This document shows, piece after piece, positions 15,134 through 27,658 of a stretch of DNA of 64,000 nucleotides; within the stretch, counting starts at the first letter, position 1; each line of letters begins with the position of its first letter. The position numbers and the translations under genes are program-made. The notes under the pieces are model-generated. The model saw only the letters and a list, made by a program, of their open reading frames with translations. It was not told where the DNA came from and searched no databases. The stretch lies in the NCBI RefSeq assembly GCF_000315625.1, contig NW_005434635.1:124001-188000 (forward strand), read 5' to 3'. The DNA is from Guillardia theta CCMP2712. Its lineage: Eukaryota; Protista; Cryptophyta.

Positions 15134-17159
15134 TCAGAGTTGGGGCGAGGTTCCATCCTGTTCCAGTCGCTCCTTTCGGTTCAGAAGGAGCGACGCTCCC
15201 GAATCGCCATAAGAAGATAACCAAGATCGAACCTGGTCCTTGACCGTTGGCCTTCTCTCCTTGAAGCCCCCCTCCTCCCCTGGTGTACTCGCTTGTTTGC
15301 TGGTGGCCCGAGCTTCCTTCCTTCTCTCCTGCTGCTCTCTGAGTTGTTGGAGCGCACGAGAGTCAATCCGATGCTCCAACGTCCCCTCAGAAGCTTTCCC
15401 AGAATTGAAGGAGCTCAGGTCAGCAGACAGAGCCAACTGTTGGAACCTTCCATGTCCTGAGCCCTGAGCCTTCTTCTCGGCCTGAGACCTTTGCCACAGC
15501 TGTGCAAGGCGATGTTCGACTCTGCGGTTTCTCTGCTTCAGATCCCAAGTCTTGGAGAGCTTCTTCCACATCCGCTCATCGCGTTTCCAAGCCCAATGCT
15601 TTTGACCTTCATCCCTCGGAGTATGGAGAAGGAGAGCTCTTGTCCGAGATGGTGAGGAGCCCAACAAGCCCTGTGTCTTGCGATGTTTCAAACCAGCAAG
15701 TAGGTGAACAAGCGTCTTTGCAATCTGCTCTTCTTGGTCCTCTTGGGTCCCAACCTTAGAAGGTTCAGTGTTAGAATGTTCCGGGCCCTCATGCTCTGCC
15801 ACAAAACTCTTGTGTGCTTCCCAGTCTCTGGCTCTCTCCTCTTTCGAAGGTCCTTCCCATCCCAACGAGTAATCATGCGTCCTCTCCCGAACCCATTTGT
15901 CTGTTCCACATTCAGGATTGCTGCTCCCGTCCACACAATAGTATCTGTTCAAACTTTCAATACAACAACACAGAGAGAATGCAAAGCAAGAATCAGGGAA
16001 GATGATAGTCAACGGGGCTGAAGTGAAAGATGTGGGGTGAGAAGCGAACTTACGGATCGGAATACGGCGAGTAGACATCGACTATCGAGTGCGCAGGGTG
16101 TACCCATCTCTGGCTAACAGGCAAACTGACTGACTCCTCAGACGTAGAGCCGGGCCCTTCTTGACGGTTCTTGCGATTTGGAAACGAAATCTTCCACCCT
16201 CGAGATCCTCGAGAAAGGATGCTATCATACGGAACGATAATCCTCTCGACAGATCCATCCTTGGAGGTGATCACACTGACGCTGGTCCTTGACTTCTCCC
16301 CGCGGGACAACCACTTGGGCAGGGGATGATCCAACACAGCACTCTTGGAAGAATTGTTGCTTATGATAGCCGAGGCAATGGTCTCTGCGATATGAGATAT
16401 CATGCACTTCAGATCACAATCGTGTGCCCCATCCCCCGTCTCCTCATCGAAGTCCTCTGCCTCGTGCGCTGGTGTTTTGGAAGGGTTGTCGTACGAGTAG
16501 GAGCCATCGTGGTAATACCAAACATTCCTCGTGGTGTCTGTGTTGGATGGGTATCCTGGTCCCTCCTCTTGGCGTTGAAGTCGCACGTGCATTGAGGCGT
16601 CTCCGTCAGAAACATGGTCAATCCAGTTTCCGACGTGGGACCATCCGTGCCAACGTGAATCTGGGTGCACTTCGGAATTCCAGAACTTTCTCAAGAGCCT
16701 GTTTTCATCCCACTCCCTGTCACTAAACTGACTTCGCTTCAACCACTTGCGAGATTTCTTGATGTGTCGGTCCTCGTCATACAGATCCCGCTCCTGCTCA
16801 TCCGGCAATGAAACCTCGTACCCGTCGGAGACTGGTCTGATCACCGCATCCCCCGGAACATCGATCTTTTCCAGCTCTCCATTCCCTGATCGCGAGACGT
16901 GCATGGACCTAGTTCCTACGTTGACCCACCCTGCGGGGGGGTCGTCAACTCGATCGTATTCTGGCCAACCTTTGTGGTATCCTTCCTTGTCACCATCCTC
17001 ACCTCCCCAGCCCTGCGAGCTTGCCTTGAGCTGAGCTCCTTCGTTCTCTCGGAGCGCAACGCTGGAAGCAGGTGATTTGACAACGATGAGGAGGAGGAGG
17101 AGGAGGCTGGTAAGGAGGAGCAGCGAGGCCGCACTTACCCCCGACGCCTTGATCGCCAT
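15134..17159 (-). CDS. Signal-anchored or secreted hypothetical protein, 2 exons (intron about 15945-16053)
   Basis: N-terminal LLLLTSLLLLLLIVV. Two long ORFs joined by a GT-AG intron. Internal repeat of about 35 aa. Confidence 0.7.
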
Positions 17160-17627
17160 CACGCCCCCCAAGCTCCCGCTTTTAGAGACAGGGCTGAATG
17201 AGGGCCTAAACTTAGCGGCTATGACGCCTGCAAGCAGGCTTGGAACTGCCGGGTAGTACAGTCCGATTACGGTCGGGCCTCATCATCCGGGCAGTCTGGC
17301 CTGGCGACCGGGTGACCATCATCATGCGGGGGACTTATCGGAGTGCTGTACTCTCGAACGCACGGCCGGCAGTGTCAGGTACAGCCTGGGGATGATCATT
17401 GTGAAGTTGAGCTTTCATATTCTTAGCAAAAGAGCGATGAATGAGAGCCATCGTGTTAAAATACGACCCGGCGCGATCGGCAAGGACTCGAACTTCTGAA
17501 ATGGAACGGCAAATCTAATTAGAAACGAAGCACTATTACGCCAATGATTTTCTGCGCCTTCCGTGCCCCGGCAATATCCACACGATCTGTAAGACTTGCC
17601 GACATGCAACCAGCGCAATGAACATGT

Positions 17628-19060
17628 CTAAGCACCAAAGTTCTTTGCAGTTGCAGGAGGGTTGGTCTTCACAGCGATCAACACGGACTTCATGCGAGAG
17701 ATCTGAGTAAGCCAAATTAGATGAAGTGAATGAATGTAATCAGGATGCAAACGTACCAAGTTGTTCCTCTTTGGATCCGAGCTCAAGTCCAAATAGGTAC
17801 AAACCTTGTCCCATGAGTCCTTGCCTTTTCAAAAATAGCAAAATTAGCAATCCGACACGCTGACGGCACAGAAAGAAATCAAGGGTAAAACAGGCTACAT
17901 ACCAGCAAGACCAGCCTTCAAAGCAGCATCACGGTTCTTCACAAATTCGAGCTCATCACTTTGATTCTTCTTCTGGTTGGAATCCATCATTGACTGCCAT
18001 GGGGGTAAGAACCAAGAATATCGCGCGATCATATAAGTCCACCTTGCGCTTGTTTTCGTGCTCATCGATCTGTTTCTTGGCATGCTCCATCTGAGCTGAC
18101 TTCTTTGCAAGGGCTTCTTCCCTCCTCTTCTGAAGCTTCACTCGATTCTCTGCCTCCCAAGCCCTAAGTTTTCAATCATCAAATCCTAATCAAAATGAGA
18201 TCACAGTCATACTCGAGGATTGAGTTGTCTTCATGCACAGGTGCAGGATTCGAGAACCCAGAGGACTGAGGAGCTGGAGAAGAATCGAACATGTCCATGT
18301 TGCTGCCACTGGTAGGGGCCCCAAGAAGACCATCATCGTCCATGGCGACTGGAACAGCATTGCTGGGTTGGGCCTCTTCACCAAAATCGTCTCCAAGAAG
18401 GCCATTATCTCCTTCCGGAGCATCACCTCCTCCAAAAACATCCTCGGAAGGAGCAGCAGCTGGCTGTGACTCGTCCCCAAAACCATCGTTGGTGCCAACT
18501 AAATCTTCTCCACCGAACGCATCATCAGCTCCAAACGGATCTGCATTTTCTGCCGGTGGGGGCTGGGTGTTTTCAACTGGTCCACCGAGGGCATCCCAAT
18601 CATCGTCCTGCATGGAAGTATCAAGGGAAGCATGGAGGCGAAGAGACATTGAATGAGGAGCCTTTCCGGGAAAACACAGCAAGGAGGAATTTCTTACAGG
18701 TGTTGATTGATTTTCAAGAGAGACATGTGTACGTGAGTGTGAAACTTGGGACCCAAGGAGCCAACACACCAATTAAGAACGATAGGATCGAGGAATTCAT
18801 GGGGACAGTTGAATACATCAAGGAAATTCCAGAGAAAAGATCATCAAGAAGCAAGTTTCAAGAAGAACGAATCGAAGAGAAACTGACTTACAAGCAGTGG
18901 GCCCAACTCTTCATGGCAATACATAAATGCAACCAGCAACCCAGAGAAAAAAACAGAACACGAATCATTCAATGTAATAAATCAAACTTGCAGATCCATA
19001 AATTGTGAACGAACACGACACGGGAGATGTTATGTTTAACGAACACGCATCTCTCACCAT
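17628..19060 (-). CDS. CLC: Clathrin light chain
   Basis: Acidic low-complexity N-terminus (DDDWDALGG...), then WEAENRVKLQKR...AKKQID helix, SWDKVCTYLDL and ISRMKSVLI. Likely ATG-terminated first exon (ATG|GTGAGA at 19060-19058); an alternative in-frame ATG lies at 18613. Confidence 0.8.
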
Positions 19061-19451
19061 GGCGTCTGGAGCGGAGGAATCTGCCGCGTGGCGGGGGAGG
19101 AGGGTGGGTACTGAATGTTACGGGTGGGGGTGATACAAAAGTGTCTCAACACCCCCAAAGCACTATGAAATTTTGCCCAAATGACATGGTAGGGTATACA
19201 TGGGGAAAGTTGTGATGGTGGGTAATACTACAGCGTATACTTTAGGTGTTATGAAGGCTCTAGGAGATAGGAGATAGGTTCTAGTATTTTTCACCCTACC
19301 CCCGTGCACGACTGGAATGAACTGTCGAAATGTGGGGTTCAATGGCGTTTCTCTACGCCTTCGTCGAAACTTTTCCAAAGTTGGGAAACTTTCTTGTGGG
19401 GAATGTATGAACTTCCGAAACTTTGAAACTTCGACTGACTCACCGTCTATG

Positions 19452-19870
19452 AGGGCGCCGCTGACGGTCCCGGCGACCGTCGGACTCCGGCGGCCGGGCG
19501 GCCTGACTCAGACTGGCCAGTCGGAGCCTCACGGCTGAGCCTCGGAGTCACTGAGTCACGTCCGAGCGGAAGCCTGGCAGCTCGGAACTTCCGAGCCGCC
19601 CCAGTCACTGCGGCCGGGCCGGGCCGGGCTTCTCGGAACTTGTGTGACTTTGAACTGTGACGGGCCGTCCGACTCCGACGGTCTTCCAGTTCGGAAAGCG
19701 GCTGCCCGGTGACCGCACGGCACTGATCATCGCCGTCGGATGGCCGCGGGCCGCGCCGCGCCGCGGCCGCGTCGGACTCCCGGACTGAGGACTCACTGAG
19801 TCACCGTCCGAGTCAGTGTACGGTCAGCCGCGGCCCTGGCCGGCTATGCCAAAGCCACGCAGCCTCCGGG
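19452..19870. repeat. GC-rich palindromic island
   Basis: GAGTC/GACTC, TGAGTCA and GGCC/CCGG-rich. GACGGTCTTCC is shared with about 21585 and (reverse complement) about 54735. Confidence 0.7.
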
Positions 19871-20318
19871 CAGATATCAGAGTCACATCGACCTCACTGA
19901 GTTGCAACAAGACAGTTTTTGCTCAAGACCGAGTTTAATGCACACAAAACCAGAATTGAGGAGCACATGAGACTCGGATAGACTGTATGCTAGAATCATC
20001 CGTGAAACCGAAGCATCCCGGACATGAGACAGAGAGGACCTTAGCAAGCCGGCGGCTAGGAACCTCGAATGCCATTCGAAGTTCCCCTCTTCGTCCCACA
20101 CGCCGCCGCTACATGGCCGCCTTGAAAACACGTAAGTCGTCTTGGTTTACAGGAGAGTTTTTGTTAACTCGGCGCTATCAGACTGCGGCACGGCTGGCAT
20201 ACTAGCGATCCATCACCATGAACTCTGTTGCTGTCCTACTACTACTACTAGGCTAGCGGACCATAAGTTGTTTTAAAAGTAGGGACGAATCGACGAAGTA
20301 ATTCATTCGGCTTCAAAA

Positions 20319-20966
20319 CTATAATCCGTTAAATAGAAGAGAATACACCTGCTTATCGCTACCTATCTCTTTGCCAATCTCTAGTTTCTTAGCAATAACT
20401 TTTACCCTCAAGCTGGTTCCATGATACGACATGATCATCGTTTCCCGGGCGTTTTCCACACAATTCAAAGATTCTTGTCTGTCATGGTGCTGCATCAATA
20501 ATGCTTGCCGCAAGCAGCATGCATCAGGTACATACTGCCACATATTCACGTCGAAAGGAAGTTGAAGGAATTTCTGGAGCTCGTAGTTGATATGGAGAAC
20601 CCTGAATGAAGGCATCTCCACAACCATTAATCCCGTATCCATAGATCCTCTGCTGGGATCCAAATCGAAGCACTTGATGAAGTGACAACTTTCGCATGTC
20701 TCGCCACACTTATCATTCATACAATCTTCGACCAAGCTCATGTTCAAGTCCCTTGCAGAGGATGTGTCGTTGTTTTGAATTGTTTCGGGAGGCTCATCAA
20801 ATGCCGATTCTGACTTCCTCTTTTTGTGAAGCTCAGATGATTCCGATTTGAAAAGCGCTGGACTTGGAATATAGGAGCAAACGAAAAATCCTAAGCTAAG
20901 GCCCGCAATGAATGCAACATTCTCATTGCTGAGCAAATTCTGTGCGAACGAGGGAGGGTATGACAT
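20319..20966 (-). CDS. Hypothetical protein, N-terminal TM helix and possible PAS-like domain, intronless
   Basis: 215-aa ORF. TM segment VAFIAGLSLGFFVCSYI. TGLMVVEMPSFRVLHINYELQKFLQL resembles a PAS N-terminal motif. Confidence 0.55.
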   Translation of the reverse strand: MSYPPSFAQNLLSNENVAFIAGLSLGFFVCSYIPSPALFKSESSELHKKRKSESAFDEPPETIQNNDTSSARDLNMSLVEDCMNDKCGETCESCHFIKCFDLDPSRGSMDTGLMVVEMPSFRVLHINYELQKFLQLPFDVNMWQYVPDACCLRQALLMQHHDRQESLNCVENARETMIMSYHGTSLRVKVIAKKLEIGKEIGSDKQVYSLLFNGL

Positions 20967-21625
20967 TGACGACTATTTCACAGAGCGGAGGGAGGTGCGA
21001 TGTGAGAAGGGGGGGGGGGGGGGGAAGGGGGAGGGCAAAAACGAACACGGAACAAAGGATGAAACGTAGGGGAAATGGTGATGACGTTCGTATAACCTTT
21101 AATATCATTGGAAATCGTACCCCACCCCACCCCCTTCATTAGAGCATGAAATGTCTCAATCAAGGGGTGAAAGGGGTGTTGCGTCCCCTTCAATGCTGAC
21201 TCCTTGTACAGTTACATCCGTTGCATGTCATCATTTGCAGGGATTGGAGGTCCGAAGAGGCCGAGGACAAGTTGTAGCCCAGGGTGGACGGGGGTCCTTT
21301 TGTACCACATTTGTCGAAAGGTTGCGGTTTGGACCCCGTGAGCTTCTTGTTTATATCTCAGATATCTGCTGGGGGTGGGGTGGGGTTGATAGGGGTGGTA
21401 GGGGGATGTACTGGGGTGGCTGTACTAGGCTTGAACACAACTAGAATATGACTCAGTTGATCATAGTTAGTGCCGGGTACTAAAGGGTGACACTCGGACG
21501 ACATGAAAGTTTCGGCGGCGTGGGGTGGGTGGTCGAATGTGGGGGGTAGGGGTAGAAGAGTCAAAGGAGATCAGACATAGACCCGACGGTCTTCCCCGTT
21601 GAGCTCTTCTGTTCCTTAGCTTAAG

Positions 21626-22325
21626 TTTACTCAAAGTTAAGTTAAACATCAGTACTGCTAGACAGCCTTCAACGAACGCCGACCGTCCAACGGCGCGGCG
21701 CCCCGGGCCCGTGCCCGGGGGCCACGGTGAGCCGCTCAGTCGGAGTCGGAGCCTCCCCCGGCCCGGCTGGGGGCCCGGGGGCCCGTCGCTCACGGTCAGC
21801 CTCAGTCACCTCACTTGTGCCGACTCTGTGACGGTCAGGAGCGGCTGAGCACGGCGCCGCCGCGACCGGGGTGACCCGGGGCCGCCGCCGCGCCGGGCGG
21901 CCCGCCGGGCGGCCCCGGCCGCGCGGCGGTGAGTCAGTCCCGGACGGCTCAGTCCGGGCCGGGCCCCCGGGGGAGTCCGAAGGCTCCGGCGGGAGTCCGG
22001 CGGGCCCGTGACGAGCCTGTCACTTTGTCTCGGATGTCTGAGTGACTTGCCGCCCGGCGGCAGCCTGCGGTACCGTAGTACCCGGGCGGCCGCGGCCCGG
22101 CGGCGGCCGGCCGTCGGATGCGCGCCGCCGTGGGCAGGCTCAGGCCGCGCGGCGCAGAGCACTGCCCGCACGAGTCACTGAGTGCCGGTGACCGTCACGC
22201 CGGGCCGTCACGCGGGCCCGGCCGAAGTACGCCGCCGCCGTACCGTACGGTCCGATCCGATGATCGCTGCGGCCGCCCGGCCCGGCGCCCGGATCGGACT
22301 CCCGGGCGGCAGGCCGGGCCGGGGA
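21626..22325. repeat. tttactcaaagttaagttaaa motif followed by GC-rich palindromic island
   Basis: Motif at 21626-21646 continues catcagtac (compare aatcagtac in the 54763 copy). Island spans 21680-22325. Confidence 0.75.
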
Positions 22326-22413
22326 ACTTAACTGAGGCAAGCTCAGTTGTGGTCTTGATGAAGCAATAATTTAGACAACTTGATTGTTGCCTACTTGCAG
22401 GATCCTTCAAGCC

Positions 22414-25014
22414 ATGGAGGCCTTGCTAGAGGCTGCGGCGGCAGGGGATGAAGCGAAAGTTGACGCCATGCTCGGGTCCTCGGCCGACCCCAACTGGACA
22501 GACGAAAGCGGATGGTCGCCATTGATCATGGCCGCCAAGGTGAGGAGGGCGGTGATGGTAGCACGGTGGCGCGCTAAGTTGAAAGTTTGTTGCCGAAATT
22601 CATAGGAGGGGCGTTTGGAAATGGTGGACTCCTTGTTGAGAAAAAAAGCGAGTCCAGATCCCCAGCGGGTTGCTCATTCTGCGATACGGGGCGCGTCTCT
22701 TGGAGGGCACGTGAATGTTGTTAGACTTCTTCTGCGGCATAAGGTTGGATACTGTGTTGTCTGCGGGTCTGCTAGTGATTGAAGAGGCGCGCTGAGGGGA
22801 AGAGGCGGGGGCAGGTATAGGTTTTGAAGTATTGGCAGGCAAATCCTAACTATCCAAGCTTCCACAATAGAACAGCTCTGATGGGAGCATGCATGAATGG
22901 CTACGAAGACGTTGTGAAGACACTTCTAGAAAGCCAGGCAGATCCATCGATCAGGAACGATGAGAATGAGAATGCTTTGGACTTGGCCAAGAAGAAGTCT
23001 TTCAATAAGGTGTATGCATCTACTTGGAAGGTTTAGAAAGGGCTCAGCCTATGCTTGTGCAGATATCCAACCTGATCTCAATAGCGCTCGAAATGGACAA
23101 CGTGGGCTAGGTGATTTTTCCTTTTGCAAGATTGCTGACCCGTCAAACAAGGTACGCAATCGGCGTTGGCGGGAGGAATCAAGCTTTCTATGTCACGACG
23201 AGTCAATTAGAAGTGAGATAAACCTAGAGGTTGGAGGGAAAACTCTCCTGGACTTCGCTTTCGAGACTGGAAACTCTGAACTGGTAGCGATCTTGATTGG
23301 GTTCAACGCCACACGGGGCAACCTCAAAGATCAGTGGAGCCCGCAAGACTCACTCATGGAAGAAGGAAAGCAAGAGATTCCAGAGAAGGTTTCAGAGTCG
23401 CTACGTATTCTTGTCATCGGAGGAACTCAATTCATGGGTCGCCAGACAGTGGAGGAACTGGTAGCGGCCGGTCATGAGGTAACGATACTGAGCAGGGGGA
23501 AATCGAAAAATCCTCACGGCGAAGGTAATTCCTTTCACACTTTTCCGAACTGCTGCAGTGGTTTGTGAGCTCTTTGTTCCAGCTGTACGCCATATTATCT
23601 GTGACAGAACTCGAGACCGCGAGGCGTTCAGGAATCACATATCAGAAAGCGGCCCGTGGGATGTTGTGATAGATTTTGCCGCGTTCCACAAGGCATCAGT
23701 CATGGATGTTGCACTGGCAAGTAAATTGCATTGTAAGTTGCCGTTGTTTTGAAAAATGGTTCAATTGCAGGGACTGGGAAACGCCCCAACTCATTACATC
23801 CTCATCTCGACCGACTCTGTTTACATGGCGTGTCTACGAACATCGCAGTCCGAGGTAGCGAAAGTCATACCGGTGAAAAAAGAGGCTGAGATGTCCATCA
23901 GGAAGGAGGAGTCAAGGAGGAATCTGCACAAAGACCTCCTAGTGAAGAGCACAAGGTTTGAAAGTGCACGAGGGTTCCCTTTTGATATCGCTGGTTTTAG
24001 GAGGAGCTTCGACTCAGATCTCCCTATCAGTACGAATACGGCAGCAGGAAACTAGAGTGCGAGGAAAGCTTAAAAGTGCTCCATGACAAGATGGGTTTCC
24101 GATTCACTGCACTCAGATTGTGTGACGTGGTAAGAGATCGTACGGACTTGTTGATTGGCCAACAAGTTAACTTCGAATCGAGATGGGTCCATACGACAAC
24201 TTGGGATCATTCTTAAAGCTGCAAGCGCTGATCAAGACTCATAGACCAGTACACTTTCTTGTTGCTTTGATATCTAGATTGATTCAACCTGCAGATACCC
24301 GTTGGAAGAGAAATGTCCGGGAATGAGAACAGTGTCTTGTGTCAACGCATCAGCATCGGTCAGTTCACTGCAATCGTATACCTTGCATCTCAATGTTTGC
24401 AGTTTACTCGCATGATGTTGTCTCTGCAATCATCAAGACAATCGAGGCGGGACCTAGGTGAGTTGAAGTGTTGCACGAGTCGCTTCAACATCATGTACGT
24501 CATCAGAGTTTATGGACTTTCTCTCAACATCGCCGGGCGAGAGCAGCCAACAATGAAAGAGTATGTTTCTCATTTTTGGCTCTTTCTCAATGACAGTATC
24601 TGACAGGTTTATCGAAATGATAGCAGAGGCTTGCGGTGGTGATTCAGATGTCTTTGACTTGCTAGTTCAGAGAGTGACCCATGTTGTGTAGGAGATGAAC
24701 TTTCCTTCGACGAAAACAAGCGCTCTTTCTTTCCTTCAGTGGATTTCGGGCCTGTAGCCTCGTAATGCGGAAGAATCTTACGCCATGACCTGTACAAGTC
24801 ACACTGCTTGTCCCTGGCAGGTCCAAAGCTCAAGAAATTTTGGCCTGGCAACCAACAGAAGTAGATTCAATATGCGGCACTACTCCCAGCATCGAACTGA
24901 TCATAGTTGGTGCAGATCAAGGATTGGATTCGAAGGACGACAGCATGGAACGATGTGCCGGCGAATGCTGCATACACTATGGCCTTTGTGCGCGCCAACT
25001 CATACCTTGCATGA
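22414..25014 (+). CDS. Ankyrin-repeat plus atypical NAD-dependent epimerase/SDR fusion, multi-exon
   Basis: Ankyrin: ADPNWTDESGWSPLIMAAK, RTALMGACMNGYEDVVKTLL. SDR: ILVIGGTQFMGRQTVEELVAAGHEVTILSRG, YILISTDSVY, YGSRKLECEE. Confidence 0.75.
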
Positions 25015-25019
25015 GGCAG

Positions 25020-25340
25020 CCCGGTGGCCGCCGGGCCGCGGAGCCTGCAGTGGCAGGCCGCAGTTTGGGGGCCCGGCCCGCCTGGCCGCCGATGGCCGCC
25101 GGGGTCGGACTGACCTTACACAGGCCACCGGGCTGTGACTGGCAGGCCGCACTGTCGGGCCCTGCTCCCGGAGTCCCGGCCGGCGGACCTCCGGGCCGGC
25201 CTGCCGCGAAGTCAGCGGCCAGCCTGTGGCCCGGACCTTCGCCGCAACCGTCAGCGGCGAGTCAGTCCGGGAGTCCCCGGGCCCGGTCCCAGTCCGGGAC
25301 CGTAGAGTCACGGCGGATCGGACCGTCGTGGCACCGGCGG
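25020..25340. repeat. GC-rich palindromic island
   Basis: Same word composition as the other islands. Lies between two tandem + strand genes. Confidence 0.65.
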
Positions 25341-25515
25341 GTTGATAAATCTTGTAAAAGTAAAAAAACGATTGGACCTAAAAAACTTTAAGTTACTCGG
25401 AGAGAACGTCGTGAGGAAATTCTTTCGAGGGACAGGGGAGGAAACGAGAGCAAGGGGGGGAGCAAGGAGGAGCGTTCTCAGCACGAGCAATGCGGATAGA
25501 TCGATAGCAAACACC

Positions 25516-27445
25516 ATGAGGACAACATGCAGGGAAGGAGACAGCTCGTCAGACCGGCCTTGTCACTCAACTGGGGTGATGCGCAATGGAGCGAACGTTG
25601 AAGAAGTAGCACCTCATGATGAAGACTTGAGGGAGGTGCTGAAGGAGATAGGAGCCGAGCCTGTCTACCAGGTGGCATACACTGTCACCTCCCTCGCCTC
25701 TCTCCTTTCCGCTCTTGTGAACTCTGGCTGGTGCAGGACCTGAAGGATGCTTTTGTCGACTTGGACGCCCTTGCCCTCATGTCCGAAGAGGACCTGCGGT
25801 CTCTCGGCATCCCGCTGGGACTTCGGGTGAAGCTCCTGGCATGGATCAGGTCTTCTTCCATCAGGAGGAGATCTCCTTGCTGTGACTGCCCTGTGCTTCT
25901 CCTGCAGGACCGCGGGGTCACACCAGGGGAGGAAGATAGCCCATGAAGATTCTGACATTGTGTCGGATGTATCTGACGCGGGGGAGGAGATGTTGTGCTG
26001 GAACATGGAGTCTTATGACGATGTGCTCCTGCTACAGAAATCAAAACCAAACCTAGTGAGCCCTACTGTCTTCTTTCCGCTCCTTCCCCCCCCGATCCGA
26101 CTCCCTTCCTCGCTTCCGACCCCTCTGCTCCCAGACCTTCTTGCTCGTGACTTTCGATGTCAAGCTGCTGGACCTCAAGACTGGCGAACTTGGTCGCTAC
26201 ATCAACTCAGAAGCAGCTGGACATGCTGCTGGAGATGGAGATAAACTCTTCAACATCTTGATGGCCAAGGTATGGAAGCTGGGTGACTGCCTTGTCCTCA
26301 CTCTATGCAGGAAGGTCGATCGTTCATGCTCGCTGTAGCCGGCTGCTCGCCTCCTCTACACATCGTCGGGGTCTCTGTGGAGGAGGCATCAGGCACAGGC
26401 AAGTTCAAGACCTCCCTCACCTACTCTCAGGCAAGTACTTCCCACCTGCCGGAGTCACTTCCCTTGCCTTCCAGTGCCTCCCCTTTGTCACGCACTTATG
26501 CTATCTCCTGCTCCGCGTCTGAGTTGATCGTGTAGAGGAAAGTCCTCACCGAGCTCTGCAAGAGCGTCTGGGGCGACCCCGTGCTGCCTCCGCCAGCAGG
26601 CACCAGACGTGAGCCGGCGAGTCCAGATGAGGAGAAGGGAGGGAGGAGCCCGAGGATGAACTTCGATGGCTTTGGTAGACAGGAGGACATGGGGGGAGGG
26701 TTGAGGAAGCGGGTGCTTCAGCAGAGCCCTCTGATCGCAGTGTTCGACAACATCTGCTCTCCCGCCCTCCACCGCGCGGTATGCCAGGTCTTCAAGTCTC
26801 CGTCAGTCTGGACGTGGGGGCACACGTCCAGCGGGGCAGGGGAGCTGAGCGAAGCAGACTCGCTCTTCTGGAAGTGCAACCAGAGCTCGTTGGAGGAGGA
26901 GGAGGCCATTCGGCACCTCAGCGCCATCGTGCTGGATCTATGCTCGCATGCTACTGGGAGGCCGCTCTTGATCCAGCGGGTCTATGCCAATGGGCACACG
27001 TTCGGTCAGGGAGGAAACATCCATGTGGACGAGACGGGAGCTGAGAACTACGCGGCAATCTACTACTCCAACGAGGAGTGGCGGTCCCACTGGATGGGCC
27101 ACACCTTCTACTTCCCCGGTGATGCCGTTGACATCCGTGACGCTCCCGAAGAGCTTGACGTCGCTCTTGCTGTCCTTCCTAGACCGCGACGGTACAGTCA
27201 CACATAGCATGGAATGTGCTGACGCTCCTTTTCAGGCTCGTGCTGCATGACGGGCGGCAGGTTCGCTCGCTCGTGCATGGCTTGTACTGCTCGAGCTGAC
27301 TGGCTGGCAGGCACATCTGGGAAGTGCTCCACATCGAAGCTTCCGAGGGTTGCGGGTCAGGAAATATCGAAGTGGGAGAGGAGAAGCTGAAGCAGCGCAG
27401 GTGACCCTTGCGTGGAAGTTCGGAGTGAAGCAAGACGATGAATGA
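25516..27445 (+). CDS. SAM domain plus unknown middle domain plus 2OG-Fe(II) oxygenase, multi-exon
   Basis: SAM: VDLDALALMSEEDLRSLGIPLGLRVKLL. Oxygenase: RVYANGHTFGQGGNIHVD...WRSHWMGHTFYF...LVLHDGRQAHLGSAP...LRVTLAWKF (HxD...H...R). Confidence 0.75.
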
Positions 27446-27658
27446 TGAGCTCGAAGGAGGGAGAGAGGTGAGTGTAGAATTAGCAAGGAGGTGTGTAGAA
27501 GAAGAAAGCACTTGCAGTATCACGACTGGAGAGTTGAGATTCAGTTATGTTTAATCTTGCCAAGTGAAATCAACATCTGCAATAATAATGCAACAGAATA
27601 TCAAAAACAATATCTTGATGCAACGATTTCAAAATCTTAAGGGGGTCCTCGATAAATC

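Noticed and set aside
21467-22410. Pro/Arg/Gly-rich ORFs in GC islands (also 222-641, 24840-25391, 40160-40624, 44806-45443, 54535-54824)
   Set aside because: They are open only because GC-rich low-complexity DNA lacks stop codons; no domain signal.
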